This document shows, in pieces, positions 38,250 through 51,362 of a DNA stretch of 57,844 bases (positions are counted from its first letter, which is position 1; every line of letters starts with the position of its first letter). Below the pieces are notes generated by a model. The model was not told where the DNA came from and did no database searches. It saw only the letters and a list, made by a program, of their open reading frames with translations. The position numbers and the translations under genes were made by a program. This DNA is from Octopus bimaculoides (lineage: Eukaryota), in contig NC_068982.1 of assembly GCF_001194135.2 (NCBI RefSeq), positions 29,138,233 through 29,196,076 of the forward strand. The letters run 5' to 3'.

Positions 38250-38270
38250 TTTATTTCAATTACTTTTATT
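38250..38270 (-). promoter_or_regulatory. Candidate proximal polyadenylation signals of RasGRF
   Basis: Two AATAAA hexamers on the minus strand (38250-38255, 38265-38270), about 530 nt past the stop. Such hexamers are common in AT-rich DNA, so support is weak. Confidence 0.3.
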
Positions 38271-38797
38271 TTTTTTCCTTTATCTTTATATGGAAAAAAC
38301 AACAACAACAATAATTATTAATAATCTTTTTTTTTTTTTTTTCAAAAGGTTAACTTTTGATCATCCACTGTCATTTTTTAGTGTCATTTCCTTTGATATA
38401 CATGTGGAATTACATACACATATATACAAAGAATATTTATGTGTATGTATGTCAGTATATATGCACAAACACCATATATTTATATGGGTATGCGTATGTG
38501 TATACATGCATATATATATATGTATGTATGTGTTTGTATATTCATATATGTATGTGTGCATATATAAATCTTGATATAATGTATGTACATACATGTACAG
38601 ATACACACATAGATATATGTACACACACACACACACACACAAATATATGCACAAATACACATACATTTGTATAAATGCACATATCAAGAAAGATTTCCAA
38701 ATTTCACCAATCATTCATATGGTACCACCATGAAGTGCAAGTAATCTCTGGTGGGGGTGTATGTTTTGTTTTGTCTCTCACAACCAAGAAATTATTT

Positions 38798-38914
38798 TCA
38801 AGGGTCTATAATAGGTACTGACAATCGGGATTGTTTAGGTTCGATTTCCAGTGATGCTCTATAAGCTTCTTCATCTGTCATAAGTCTGCTGGGATCCAAT
38901 AGATAGTTGGTTAC
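38798..38914 (-). CDS. RasGRF: RasGRF terminal coding exon with TGA stop
   Basis: ttatttttcag|GTA ACC...CCT TGA. 117 nt, VTNYLLDPSRLMTDEEAYRASLEIEPKQSRLSVPIIDP*, matching the RasGRF C-terminal VT.YLLD...Y..SL.IEPK. Confidence 0.96.
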   Translation of the reverse strand, partial: VTNYLLDPSRLMTDEEAYRASLEIEPKQSRLSVPIIDP

Positions 38915-40237
38915 CTGAAAAATAACAAATCTTATTATAGCAAAGAATTATCATACATACACATAGTTATATATGTGTGTGTTTTTGTGTGCTGGTGCCA
39001 CATAAAAAGCATCCAGTCCACACTGTAAAGTGGTTGGCATTTGGAAGGGCATCCAGTAATAAAAAATCATGCCAAAACTAGCCTGTGCTAGTGCCAAGTA
39101 AAAAACACTTAGCCCACTCTGCAGAGTGGTTGGTGTTGGGAAGGGCATCCAACCATAAAAACCCTGCCAAAACAGACACAGTAGCCTAGGGTAGTTTTCT
39201 ACATGGGCATCTCCTGTCGACCATCCTATCCATGCATGGAAGAAAGACATTAAATGATGATATATATATGTGTGTATATAAATATCTATGTATGTATACA
39301 TATATACACAGACACACAGCCTTTTTTAAATTGCCAAGATTGTTTTCTCAACTTTGTACTAAAAAACCAATTGGTAAATTGACTGTTATGTAACTATAAT
39401 ATAGCATTTTATGGATGATAATATACCCACTCTATTAATATAGGAGTGTGTTTTTTCTTACTATACATATATATATATNNNNNNNNNNNNNNNNNNNNNN
39501 NNNNNNNNNNNNNNNNNNNNNNNNNNNNNNNNNNNNNNNNNNNNNNNNNNNNNNNNNNNNNNNNNNNNNNNNNNNNNNNNNNNNNNNNNNNNATATATCT
39601 AATTATCATCCGAAGAGACATGTTTCCACTGATAGATGCTCCTAAACCAGCTAAGTATCTCATCCCTGAGGGATCAATACTAGATGAATTAATAAAAACT
39701 CTTGTATCTTCCATCTCTCTCATTAACCAAGTATATATATAACATATTGCACACTCTTGAATGATTTTCTCTTGGCCATTGTTCTTAATGCAAGTTTCTT
39801 TTTTCATGCACCATTAGTAATTCTTGCCTCCTTACTCCCAGTAAGAGCAGTTTGAAATTTAGGTAATTTTCTTGAGCTTCAGCCTAGAATAACTTTTTTT
39901 TTTTATAAAAATGACACAAAATCATTGCTCTGTTTTCTACATATTGATACTATAGGGGCTGAACTGGTAATTTTATTGCCAAAGTGACATATTCTATTCT
40001 CCAACATGGATTAGAACTACAAACTTATCAGCCTTTACTTTATTGTATTATGAAGAAAAATTCTAAATTTAATGGTGCTAATGTTTAAGCACTGGCTTGT
40101 ACAGTCATGTTTTACTCAGTTTATGCTAAAATGTTTTAAAAGAAATCTGTGAAAAGAGAAATATAGAACAATATAAATAAAATTACAATATATTTCAGTC
40201 ATAAAGAAAAAAGAATTTGGAATTGGATATCTCTTAC

Positions 40238-40306
40238 TCTTGGATGATGTTCAATTCTGTATGGTGTTTGCTGAAATACTTGTATTTCTCTAATAACGTG
40301 AGCAAT
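40238..40306 (-). CDS. RasGRF: RasGRF penultimate coding exon
   Basis: attatttcag|ATT GCT...CCA AGA|gtaaga. 69 nt, IAHVIREIQVFQQTPYRIEHHPR. Confidence 0.96.
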
Positions 40307-40339
40307 CTGAAATAATAATGATGATAATGATGACGATAA

Positions 40340-40800
40340 CTGTTTCAAATTTTGGCTCAAGGCCTGCGATTTTAGGGTGGAAGTTGATTATATTGAACCC
40401 AGCATTTGACTGACACATTATTTGATCAACCCCAACAGGGTAAAAACAAAGTTGAACTCAGAATGTAAAGAGCCTAAAGAAATGCTGCAAAGCATTTTGT
40501 CTGATGTGCAAAGGGCTTGCCACCTCAATGATAATTCTTTCTCATTTTGTCACAAAGTCATCAACTTTAAGGAGGATGCAGGGGGGTGGCAAGTTGATTA
40601 TACTGACCACAAAAAACATGGAAGCAGAGTTGACCTTGGCAATATTTGAGCTCAAAATGTTAAGAGCAGGAACAAATAACACAAGGCATTTTTTCTGATG
40701 ATTTAATGATAATTTCTGATTTAGACTAAAGGTTAGCAGTTTTGAAGGAAGGATTTACTCAATACCATTGATCCTAGTGCTGGACTAGTACTTTACTTTA
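40340..40800 (-). mobile_element. Cluster of 2-3 decayed family A SINE fragments in a RasGRF intron
   Basis: Same diagnostic blocks with CpG changed to TpG/CpA. Confidence 0.6.
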
Positions 40801-41069
40801 CTTTACTCAGTCCAGAGATGCTAGGCAAAGCTGACTTCAGCAACATCTCAACTCTGACTACACAGAGGTGGAAGAAATAATACAACGATCTACTGATTCT
40901 GTCAATCTGTTGCCTTAGTTCTTTTATTGATCTCAAAAGGCTGAGACATTGAGGATATAAGTATGAAATATATATATATATATACACATGGAATGAGTAA
41001 AAAGAGATCAACAATGAAAATGTAACAATAAAAATTTCAGCAAGAAAATGTCTTAATAGCAGGGATGAC

Positions 41070-42200
41070 TATCTAGAGTAATTTGTTACAAGTTCCACTC
41101 AGAGGTCTAGATTACTTAGCCACATCCAAGGCATAAAAAGTGCCCTCTCCCAGCTTCTTTCCTCCAATTTAAAAAAAACCACACTCAGAGTTGGCTTATT
41201 CAAGCTCACCAGTCAAGCTACTTTCATCCTCCTTTTCTTAAACACATTAGAAGGCAGTACCTCTCTCTCTACCCCCACCTTCTGCAGAGGAAAACAGTAC
41301 GTTGTTTACCACCCAGATCCAACATATGCAACAGTAGCTGCATATATTTTGCTAATGCATGGATAATTTCATCTCCTAGTGTACATCTGTGACGAGACAG
41401 TTATGTGCTCATAATGCTTGTCTCAAGCAATCAATTTTTACCCCCTTGTAGCACACTAATAAACCAAGGACTTCTAGGTATTAGTCACTTTTGCCCAGCC
41501 TTACTGGGACAACTTCCTTCTTGGCCCATTTCTAAATGAAACCACCCTATGAATGATCACTTCCAAGTTCCTGGTCAGCTGGTAGTTTGATCTAACTCAA
41601 ACTCCAAACATCTCAACAAGACCCTTGGTCCAGCAACAGAAATTGACACTGGCCAACATGGACTTGCCTTTCCAGGTGCCACGCCCATTAGCTTGTCCTG
41701 ATGTCTGCTCCTGTACATTCCTGATACCCTTCCAGCATTGTCCACTGCTTCTACATCCAAACTGTCCAATACTGTGACAGAGATATTGTTTGCATATGCA
41801 GAAATGACTCTCCTCTGACCCAATTTGAGTGAGGTTCCCTGTCAAAGTTTCCATCTCTACAGCAATAGCTCCAAAGTCAAACCATACAGGAGAGGAGTAC
41901 AGTGGCATACTAGACAAATCAAGTATTAAATGCTATGCAGCCCTAAAAACAAAAAGGAGGCCATTTAGTTTTACCACCAAGCACATGCTGCTGTACATTG
42001 TGGTGATCCAGCCTATAAAGATGGGATTGAAACCAACTGCTCTGAGGACAGCCACCAGCAACGAATTGTTTCCAATGCCCTGATGATTCTGCCAATCCAA
42101 AGAAGAAGGTAAACCATCCAGATACAATTATGAAAGACAGGAATGAAAATCTCAGTATTCTGATAAACATTTTGATCTTGTCTTTCCAAAACATTACCTG
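41070..42200 (-). mobile_element. Decayed L1/Tx1-clade LINE RT fragment
   Basis: LLVAVLRAVGFNPIFIGWITTMY...VKLNG, ISAYANNISVTV (YADD box decayed), LG.WKGKSM. Confidence 0.75.
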
Positions 42201-43048
42201 GAATGAATTGAAGAAATTAATGTATAAAGATCTTGTAACATAAACAGAATGTGGAATGTGAAAGTGAAAACTACTAACAATAAGTTGAGTACTAGGTATG
42301 AAGAAAATTTTTTTAAAAATATAAAAACAATATCAGGACTCACAAATTTAAACAGGAAAAAACTCAATCCCACTGCTCTATGTATGCACAACCCACATAA
42401 CACACACTCTACACAATTATCACTCAATAGAAAACACAACTCATACAAAACATTAAGAATCCACTACCCCCCCAAAAAAAATTTTTTTAAAGCAACCCAC
42501 ACAGCACAAACTTTACACAATTAACATCCAATAAAATATCAACAATTATTCTTATTTATTCCCGCTTAATTGTGGATGTTCTGTTGGAACAAACAATACT
42601 GTGGTAGACACCATGAGAGAAACTTCTCATATTGTCTTTTGGTGCAAAATGAACTCTTGTTTACTGCAGAATAGTTTGTTCTAATAGAACATCCACATTT
42701 AAGTAGAGATAAATATTACCTCTTGGTATTAATGTTGCTTCTACTGCTAATATAAACTTATTCTTATATAATTGATATACAATAGAATATTTCACATACC
42801 ACTATCAGCTTCCACAATAGTAATATGACACAACCTACACAGCAGTAACAGAACATTCTCTGTACAACAACACTAAAATAGTACCAAAAAAAAAAAAGAC
42901 TTGGAATAGATTTCACAACAAAGCAAAACAAGGTGTAGCATAACAGACAATTCTGCTGCCCTAAAAGTAATACCCAATAGCTTTGTTTATCCATATAATG
43001 AAACTATTCTCCCAAACAAGTATCATTTTATTTTTCACTTTGACTTAC

Positions 43049-43166
43049 CATACGCATTTTTGAAAAGTTCACAAGCTTTTCATCTGTGAAATTTGGTGTA
43101 CCTTCTTCAATAAAAGATAAATCAGTCAAATACATGCCTAGATATGGAATGCAGGGTGGATCACAT
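43049..43166 (-). CDS. RasGRF: RasGRF coding exon (CDC25 helical hairpin)
   Basis: atctttcag|A TGT...CGT ATG|gtaagt. 118 nt, (R)[39 protein letters not shown], the signature RasGEF motif. Confidence 0.97.
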
Positions 43167-45009
43167 CTGAAAGATAAAGTAACAAGAAAACATTAGATAT
43201 GGGAGTAGGATACGTATAAAATGAAATAGAATCACTGCATTATTTAACAAACTATTTATGTTGGTCTGTGTGAATAGAATATATTGTGCAAGACATATAC
43301 ATCCATAAACCATTGAATAAAATGCCAAGTAAAGAATGTATGCGTACACATCACCATCGCTGTATGTATATATATGACTACACATAACTAATATATTATT
43401 TTTAAACATCCAAGGTAAATAGCCCATTCACTCCTGAAAGGGATCCTTATATATAGCCAAGGGAAATAACCCATTCATGTTCGTAAATTATTTCGTATAA
43501 ATCAAATTCAGTATGCTTATTTCTTAGTATTTGAACTATTTGTGTTATTTTCACAATTTATCCAGTACAACGCTTAAACAAGTAGATAATATTTTAATAA
43601 ATGATAGACCCACTTATTTCGCTTAGTGACTTATTCACGAATATACCAACACTACTGCCGCTGAGGGTAATATTCTCTGCAAATGCATGGAAGCTTTTTT
43701 TCAGAGTTATTTACTTTGAATTGTTATTATCTCATATCTGATTAGTCTGTTATTATGTAACATGCTTCATGATTATAGTATACATACCTTATTAGTATTT
43801 CCTCCTAAGTTCTATACACTCTAGGAACATATTAAAGCCCTTTTGGGGGCTACTTTATTTGAATTCTTACTATCAGGTAATTAATTTCCTGTGCAAGACA
43901 GTTCAGTATTGTCAATAAATGCACAAAGACCATTTTAAGGCCTATATACTTTGTATTGTTGTTACTGGATTAGTGAAACAGTACAATTGACTAGTATTAC
44001 ATGCATGTTGAAGCTGGCATGTATGGAAAAAGATATGACTTCTCTCCAATAATGGAAAGCAAATGCCATAATACCCAATGTGAAACTGACTGGTAAGATT
44101 AACCATAATAGATATATAAAACTGTACATATCAGTGCCAATGGCATGTAAAAAGCACCCACTACACTCTCAGAGTGGTTGATGTTAGGAATGGCATCCAG
44201 CCCTCAGTCAAACCGTCCAACTCATGCCAGCATGGAAAGCGGACATTAAGTGATGATGATGTTTATATATAAAATTTCATTATCATCATGTTTGTTTTTT
44301 CATATTTTCAGACTGCCAGTTTTAAATCACTTTTTGGTAAACAAACCAGGCTGGAAATTTATAATAAACAGAAGACGGAAAATCAAGTCATGATGGACAC
44401 CATTCTGCACATAAAATTCTGATCTAGGTTGGTTCTCACACTGTTTTACCATTATTCACAGCTGTTCATCATCTGGTCCATTTTGTTTTGGCTTGGCTGT
44501 TCCAACTAGATGCCTCCCCTATCATTAAATACATTACAGCATGGAATGGATGCATTTTATTGTGGCTATTGACACATGAGAAGCTGCTTATAGAAGGACT
44601 AAAAAGTTCCCCCTTTCTTGTCAATGTTTTAATTCAGGTGCTGGTTTTCAAAATGTGTTGTCTGTTACTGCTGGTGATGTTCAAATCACGGTTTGTTTCT
44701 AGTGAAGGACAGTAATAATTGGGGAGACACTGTGTAATCTATCCAGGCAAGTTCATCAATGTTGAAATAATTGTATATTTGGCATGTGAATTTTATTCCC
44801 TGATCGATAAAAATTTGTATTGTAAAATCTAAGATCATGCAACTGTAATGCGAAGGAAAAGGATACAATCTATATAAGAAAGTAGCTATAAAGAAATCTA
44901 ATTCAGCATAGACATGACATAAAAAAAAATTGAATTATAATTGCATAAAAAGTCATTATAATGATTGATGTGAATAATGTTAAGCATATAGATTTCAACA
45001 TGAACTTAC

Positions 45010-45089
45010 CTATGAAGTGCGTCTCTCATGTTCTTGAACCTTCCTTCAGAGGAAACTAATGTTTGGAGCTTATCAATCATTTGTCGTGT
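45010..45089 (-). CDS. RasGRF: RasGRF coding exon (CDC25)
   Basis: tgtgtttag|ACA CGA...CAT AG|gtaagt. 80 nt, TRQMIDKLQTLVSSEGRFKNMRDALH+AG. Confidence 0.96.
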
Positions 45090-45149
45090 CTAAACACAAA
45101 AAGAAAGACAAATTTAAAAAATTAACAATGAATCTCATTTACTCATTTA

Positions 45150-45331
45150 CTCGTTTCAGTCATTTGACTGCGGCCATGCTGGAGCACCACCTTTAGTCGA
45201 GTAAATCGACCCCAGGACTTATTCTTTGTAAGCCTAGTACTTATTCTATCGGTCTCTTTTGCCGAACCGCTAAGTTACGGGACATAAACACACCAGCATC
45301 GGTTGTCAAGCGATGTTGGGGGGACAAACAT

Positions 45332-45350
<19 letters not shown>
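45150..45350 (-). mobile_element. SINE family C, 3' part
   Basis: gtcgatttactcgactaaaggtggtgctccagcatggccgcagtcaaatgactgaaac; relatives at about 2800-3080, 5830-6020, 7985-8140, 21590-21950, 46770-46855 and 54170-54780. Confidence 0.75.
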
Positions 45351-45372
<22 letters not shown>

Positions 45373-45739
45373 NNNNNNNNNNNNNNNNNNNNNNNNNNNN
45401 NNNNNNNNNNNNNNNNNNNNNNNNNNNNNNNNNNNNNNNNNNNNNNNNNNNNNNNNNNNNNNNNNNNNNNNNNNNNNNNNNNNNNNNNNNNNNNNNNNNN
45501 NNNNNNNNNNNNNNNNNNNNNNTACAAGACTAAAAATGTTTTCTTTGAATTTAGTAATAAAGTAAGTACTGTAGGCAAATACAGTCATTTACAGTGACTC
45601 CAATACTTTATTTGTAGTTGATTTTGTATTTCCTCCTATTCTGAGCAATAAAATAATCATAGCAGATCAAAACCTACCCCAAATCACAGGGGTAGGTTTC
45701 TACTGGCATAACTATATTTCTTTTAATTGATCATTTTAA

Positions 45740-45916
45740 CCCTTTCGCATTTAGATCACTCTGTCAAGTGTAATGTGTATTTATCCACATTGTTTTGAAT
45801 TTCTCATACATTATCTTGTAGCTTTCAGACTTTGGATGAGGCGATTGTTTATTTTAAAAAACACTTTATAGAGTAGGTGTGAGATCCCTGATCTGGCTGG
45901 TTTGACTGCTAACGGG
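45740..45916. mobile_element. piggyBac-like (TTAA) MITE, shorter copy
   Basis: ttaa|CCCTTTCGCATT...CTGCTAACGGG|ttta; interior similar to 55446-55550. Confidence 0.65.
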
Positions 45917-46617
45917 TTTAAACTAAAACATTTTAGAGCTTAAAGATTTGTGTACTACTGACTTGACTTTAAAGTCAGGAAGAATTTTCTAATTTCTACA
46001 CTACATTCTAATATATCTAAACACTAATTGATAACAGATACCTTATTTATATGTTAAACTAAAACAACTTTTGTTAAAACTTGTCCCTCCCATGTTTTTC
46101 TTCTGTTCATATTATTTGCCATTCTAAAATTATATAAGAAAAATTGCTGAGTTACCAGTGGAATAGATTTGGATGACAAGGGAAGGTTGAAATTATCTAC
46201 CATTTGAGAGAAAGTAAACAAGTATCTAGCAGCAGTTACAAATGGCTATGAATGAGAGGTGGGGAATAATCTCAAGTAATCAACAGCATCTGAAATTAAC
46301 ATGTCATTAACGGGTTTTGCGGGGTGGGGTTCTGAGATAAAAGTACACGCTTATAGTTTTCTTATCTCTATGGGTATCACCAGAACTGAACTGCACTGCA
46401 CTGCACTGCACTGCACTGGATTCCAGTGGACATCAGAATTAGACATTTACAGAGAGAGTAACAAATATTCATGGCCTATTCCCTTATCAGAGTCAGTTGC
46501 AACTGTCACTAGGTGCTTCTTTACTTTTACTAGAAGTGAATTTGATTTCAGTAAATCAAAAATTTTACTACTGTATTTAGTGAACATTTCTTTGATCTCT
46601 TTCTGTCTGTCTGTCTG

Positions 46618-46692
<75 letters not shown>

Positions 46693-46724
46693 GCAATATG
46701 ACCATCCCCAAGTACAACAACAAA

Positions 46725-46760
<36 letters not shown>

Positions 46761-48404
46761 ATCTTTTTCTTTTGTTTCAGTCACTGGACCACAGGCCATG
46801 CTGGAGCAATACCTTGAAGTGTTTTAGTCAAATGAATCAGCCCCAGGATTTTTAAGTATCAGGCTTAAAAATAAAAAGAGAGAGTTGATGAGGACAACAA
46901 ATCTCAAAAGGAGATAGCAAGATTCAGTTTAGTCTCTGCTGTCATGATGAAACTTGAAGCTTAATAACATATGGAAAAGCAATTCCATCAGTTTTCCAAC
47001 AAGACTCACAATGGTGACTTCAATCCTTCTGTATAGGTGTTAGAGGTGGACTCATACAGCTGACATTGAGCAAAGTAAAGCCACTAAGTTGGCTAGCCAC
47101 ATACAGAGTTTGAAGTCTATTGCCACACCACATTTAATCAGGTGGAAAATAGTTCAAAAGTCCACACCATATGTCAACAAATCAAAAAAAAAAAAAATGT
47201 AAGCTATGCATAGCTGAAAGATCACAGATTCTTTTCAGATCTAGGAACTCCATACACTACTAAATTCTAGATCTGAAATTTTCAGCAGATGTAAACATAT
47301 GGATGAGTTTCTGTTGGTAAATTGGAAAATACCACCTTCTCTGGGTTGAGCAGCTGTACTGCAGGCCCTTAACCATTCAGCATTATGACTTTACGGTCAA
47401 AGTGGACATAACTCTAATTCTCCCACATTTTTCTTTTTCTTGCTTTCAACCTTCCAACTTTTACATCTACTTTCATCTCACCTTTTCTCATATTTTCTTT
47501 TATTCTATCATCCTGAAGATTGTGTGAAGGCACTGTTTGAGTTGTTTCCATCACATAAACTATTAATAGCTCATGAAAATATATACTGTGTGTTTATACA
47601 TATATATATATATATACACACGCACACACACATATATATATATAATCTCACAAAGTATCAAAGGTCTTTCCCAAACCATAGGCTCATAAGGCTGGTTTCC
47701 TAAATTCTGTGGCATGTATATTGACACACACACTTGACAGGATGCCAGTCTATCACAAGGTTACTCATTTTTGTCAGCTGAGGGCAGCACCACATAAAAG
47801 CACCCTGCACACCCTGTTAAGCGGTTGGTGTTAGGAAGGGCATCCAGCTGTAGAAACCATGCTAAATCAGACTGGTGTCTGGTACAGCTCCCCAGCTTAC
47901 CAGCTCTGGTCAAACTATCCAACCCATGCCAGCATGGACACCGGATGTTATATCATGAGAAGGTAAAAGGAAGCATTTTTCTCAAGAACATAATGCATCT
48001 CTGGTCCAAGAATTGAAACCACAATCTTACAATTGTGAATGCAACACACTAAGCCACATGCCTCCACATGCCTCCACATGCAAAAACACACACACGTGTT
48101 TGTGGTCTTTGACTAATAAACTTTATTTTTAATTTTAAATACACCATGAATTTGAAACATCCATACTTATCAGAATATGATACTTGGAGTGGGAAAATTA
48201 GACACATAAAAAAATGAGGTTAATGATCAAAAATATCTTAAATTACTGTAACCAAAATTGCTAACACCTTACAAGTTTTGCTCAGAATTAAAACTTGCTT
48301 TGTGAGTCTCTTTTAGAAGTGTTTATATCTAATTATTCTAATAATGGATTAAACTGCAGTCATGCACTAAATAACATGCTTAAGTACATGGCATTCATAA
48401 AGAG

Positions 48405-48848
48405 CAATGGTTCTCAACCAGGGTTCACATGAGACTCGGTCACCTAGGTAGCAGAAGCTATCAACTACTTTTAGTTTCTCCCCCTGGCATATGATGGAAT
48501 CAGTTTTCTGTGCATCTGCTGCACACAAAAGCTATCTTTCTGGTTAACTTTCCTTTGATGTTGCTGCACCTCTTATGCATCCATAGCTTACACTGGGTAC
48601 ATCTTATGGAGTTTCTACTAGAAGCTTTTCTACAGATCGAGCAGGTCCATCTACCTGAAGGGGTTTATTTGCAATAAATTGCTGATACTTCTGCAATGCA
48701 CAAAATGCTTTAATGATATTTTTAAAATACAATTCCTAATAATATTTATCACAATAAGATTTTTTAAACATTGAATAGGGATAAGGGCCCAGGAGAGTAA
48801 AGTAAGAATCACAGGGGTCCAAAAGCAAAAAATGGTTGAGAACCACTG
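48405..48848. mobile_element. hAT-type MITE
   Basis: TIR CAATGGTTCTCAACC / GGTTGAGAACCACTG; decayed TSD ATAAAGAG vs ATATAGAA (6/8). Confidence 0.75.
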
Positions 48849-49928
48849 ATATAGAAGACACCCATGGGAAATCTTCTAATATTTTAAATTATTAACCAAT
48901 GGATAATTTTCACAAAAGGTCTAAAGTCTGGTAATTATGTGTTAGAGGATACTTTGCTGAGGAGGACTAATAAAACTGAAACATACTCATAGTTATCATA
49001 ATTACTAAAGATCAGATTCATCTTTCACTGTATACATCTTCATTTAATTTTTTAATCAGTCTAGATTTCAAAATTCCTTTTTCTTGCTGCCCTTGGTAAA
49101 AACTCTCATTAACTTCAAGTTTTTTCTTCTCACTTGCTTTGAACACACAACATTTAGTATGTTAGCCTGCAGTTAAACTACATATGTCACCCTTGGTAAG
49201 TATGTTAATGTCACTGAATATGGTACTTGCTGTTATAACCTTACAGTTTAAATTCTTACCTAACTTCTCTTTCAACAACTCATTAAAATAATTTTATCAC
49301 ATACAAGTTTATAATGTTTTGCAAGAACGTGTCTAATTATTTTCTGGAGTGGTTATTAAATGAAAAAAAATCACAGATGATGTGTTAGAGTAGTTGTATT
49401 CTATTGAACTAAATATAGTAAATATCTCTTGTAGAGCAAGGTGGGATAAAATACAATGTTGAAGCTGGCTAGTAGAATTGGAATTCAGTCATTAATCAAA
49501 GAAATTAATTACTGCTCAGTGTGCTACCATCTATACTACTCTTACAGACTGGATAATAATACCACAATAAATTATATTAAGAAATAGTTGTAAGTACAGT
49601 AATAAAAGGGGGCTCAGATTATGGCACAAGATTAGTAATTTTAGAGAGTAGGGATTAGTTGCATGATTGTAAAAATAACTATGTATTGGAGTTAGTTACA
49701 TATTTAGGGGATTAATAAAGTTCAATTAGTTATCATGAATCATGTTAATGCAACCCCTTGCAAAAAGTTAATCCTATAAATGTTTCCTTGGGGCTACATA
49801 AAATGCAAGCCTGCTCTTGTAATATTAGAGATAGTGTCAAGAAGTTTCATTAGGGGGTCCAGCTTTGAAGTTAAAGAAGAGATTTAATGTTTAGTAATGC
49901 TTGGATAAGTGAAATAACCATTTCTTAC

Positions 49929-50126
49929 CTGCTTTGATATTCTTTCCCACATTTTCTTCATTCTAAAAACTGAACTGTTCACAAATGCAGCACATATCTG
50001 TAAGACACCATTATAATTGTGCATGCAGCGACAAATATCGGCGATTGCAGCCCACTTTTCAAGACATGCTACTCTGTCTTGTATATTGGTACGTCCAACT
50101 ATTTCTGACACTACCAAACGACTCAC
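49929..50126 (-). CDS. RasGRF: RasGRF coding exon (CDC25 core)
   Basis: tttttcag|GTG AGT...AAG CAG|gtaaga. 198 nt, VSRLVVSEIV...LEKWAAIADICRCMHNYNGVLQICAAFVNSSVFRMKKMWERISKQ. Confidence 0.97.
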
Positions 50127-50446
50127 CTGAAAAATTTGAAGTGAAATTTTAATAATATAAGGAAAGAAGATAAAATTATAGGTAACGCATATTTACATCA
50201 ACCCCTCAAAAATGTTTTTCCTTTTCAAAATCTTAGCTGTATTGCATGTTTAACAAGCTAATTTCATAGTGTTATTATAATTATTTTTCCTTCTAGTTGA
50301 ATACAGTCTCCAATTATCAACACATTACCTTTTACAGTCCTACTGTGTGGAACTGTCTGCAAGTGTCCTCCACTATAGCCTTGGGCTAACCAGACTTATG
50401 ACTGGATTTGGTAAACAGAAACTGAAAGAAGCCAGCTGTGTGTGTG

Positions 50447-50500
<54 letters not shown>

Positions 50501-50509
50501 TTATCTTGC

Positions 50510-51130
50510 TTTGACATCACATGATAATCCTGAAGAAACTTTATCAACACTGATCAGGTAGTTTATTTCATGCTTCAGCAGTTCTGAGTGTGGAAAAAAA
50601 TGTTTCCAAAAGTCATGGTTACTGTCTTGTTTTTTAAGTTTGTAAGCATGTCCATGAGTGTTAGACATACAGAATTAAAAAAACTGCACAAGATTGTTGA
50701 GAAAGATGGTGAATAATCTTGTGGGTGTCTACCAAGTCAGTTGCCAGACGGAGTTTTAATGTGACCATACCCAGGGAAGCAGGATGTTAAGAGTATGGTA
50801 CCTGACAGTGGGTAGTCATCTGGTTGCATGCCTCTCAACAGCTTCCAGGTGATTGATATGCTGAGCAAGACAGGGGTTCCAGACTGGTGCATGAAAACAA
50901 CATATGAATATTCAAATACAGAAGACTATGTGTGGTGTGTACAAGAAGTCAGTTTGAGATTTATATCAGCTTGTCTCCTTCTACAACTGGTGCATAGGCA
51001 TGTTCTCAGCAAAGATGAGATTAGAGTGTGGTTAAGAATAATCCCCATCAGGTTCTGACCAGGCTTTCATTCATACAGTGACTAATGATAGGTACCAAGC
51101 ATATACTGGAATCAGTTCAATTTATCATAT
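50510..51130 (-). mobile_element. Decayed CR1-like LINE 3' fragment
   Basis: APVWNPCLAQHINHLEAVERHATR resembles the CR1 VWNP.L..DI..LE.VQRRATK motif. Confidence 0.65.
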
Positions 51131-51277
51131 CACACCAAAACAAATTTATGGCACTCTGTTCATGGTAATATCAGAAATCAATTCATGTAATAAACATCCA
51201 ATCAGTTATAGATAAATTATAAAAGGTGTGTGTATATGCATCAGGTAAAGAGCATTGTTTTAAAAATTAAAACTCAC

Positions 51278-51362
51278 CTCATTAAATCTTTTTGTGACTA
51301 AATGCACATGTGGTGCCCTGACTTCCTTATCTGGTTTCATCCACGTCTGAGATAACAGTTCA
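51278..51362 (-). CDS. RasGRF: RasGRF coding exon (CDC25 domain)
   Basis: atatcttag|T GAA CTG...AAT GAG|gtgagt. 85 nt, (D)ELLSQTWMKPDKEVRAPHVHLVTKRFNE; phase matches the previous exon (GA+T=Asp). Confidence 0.95.
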
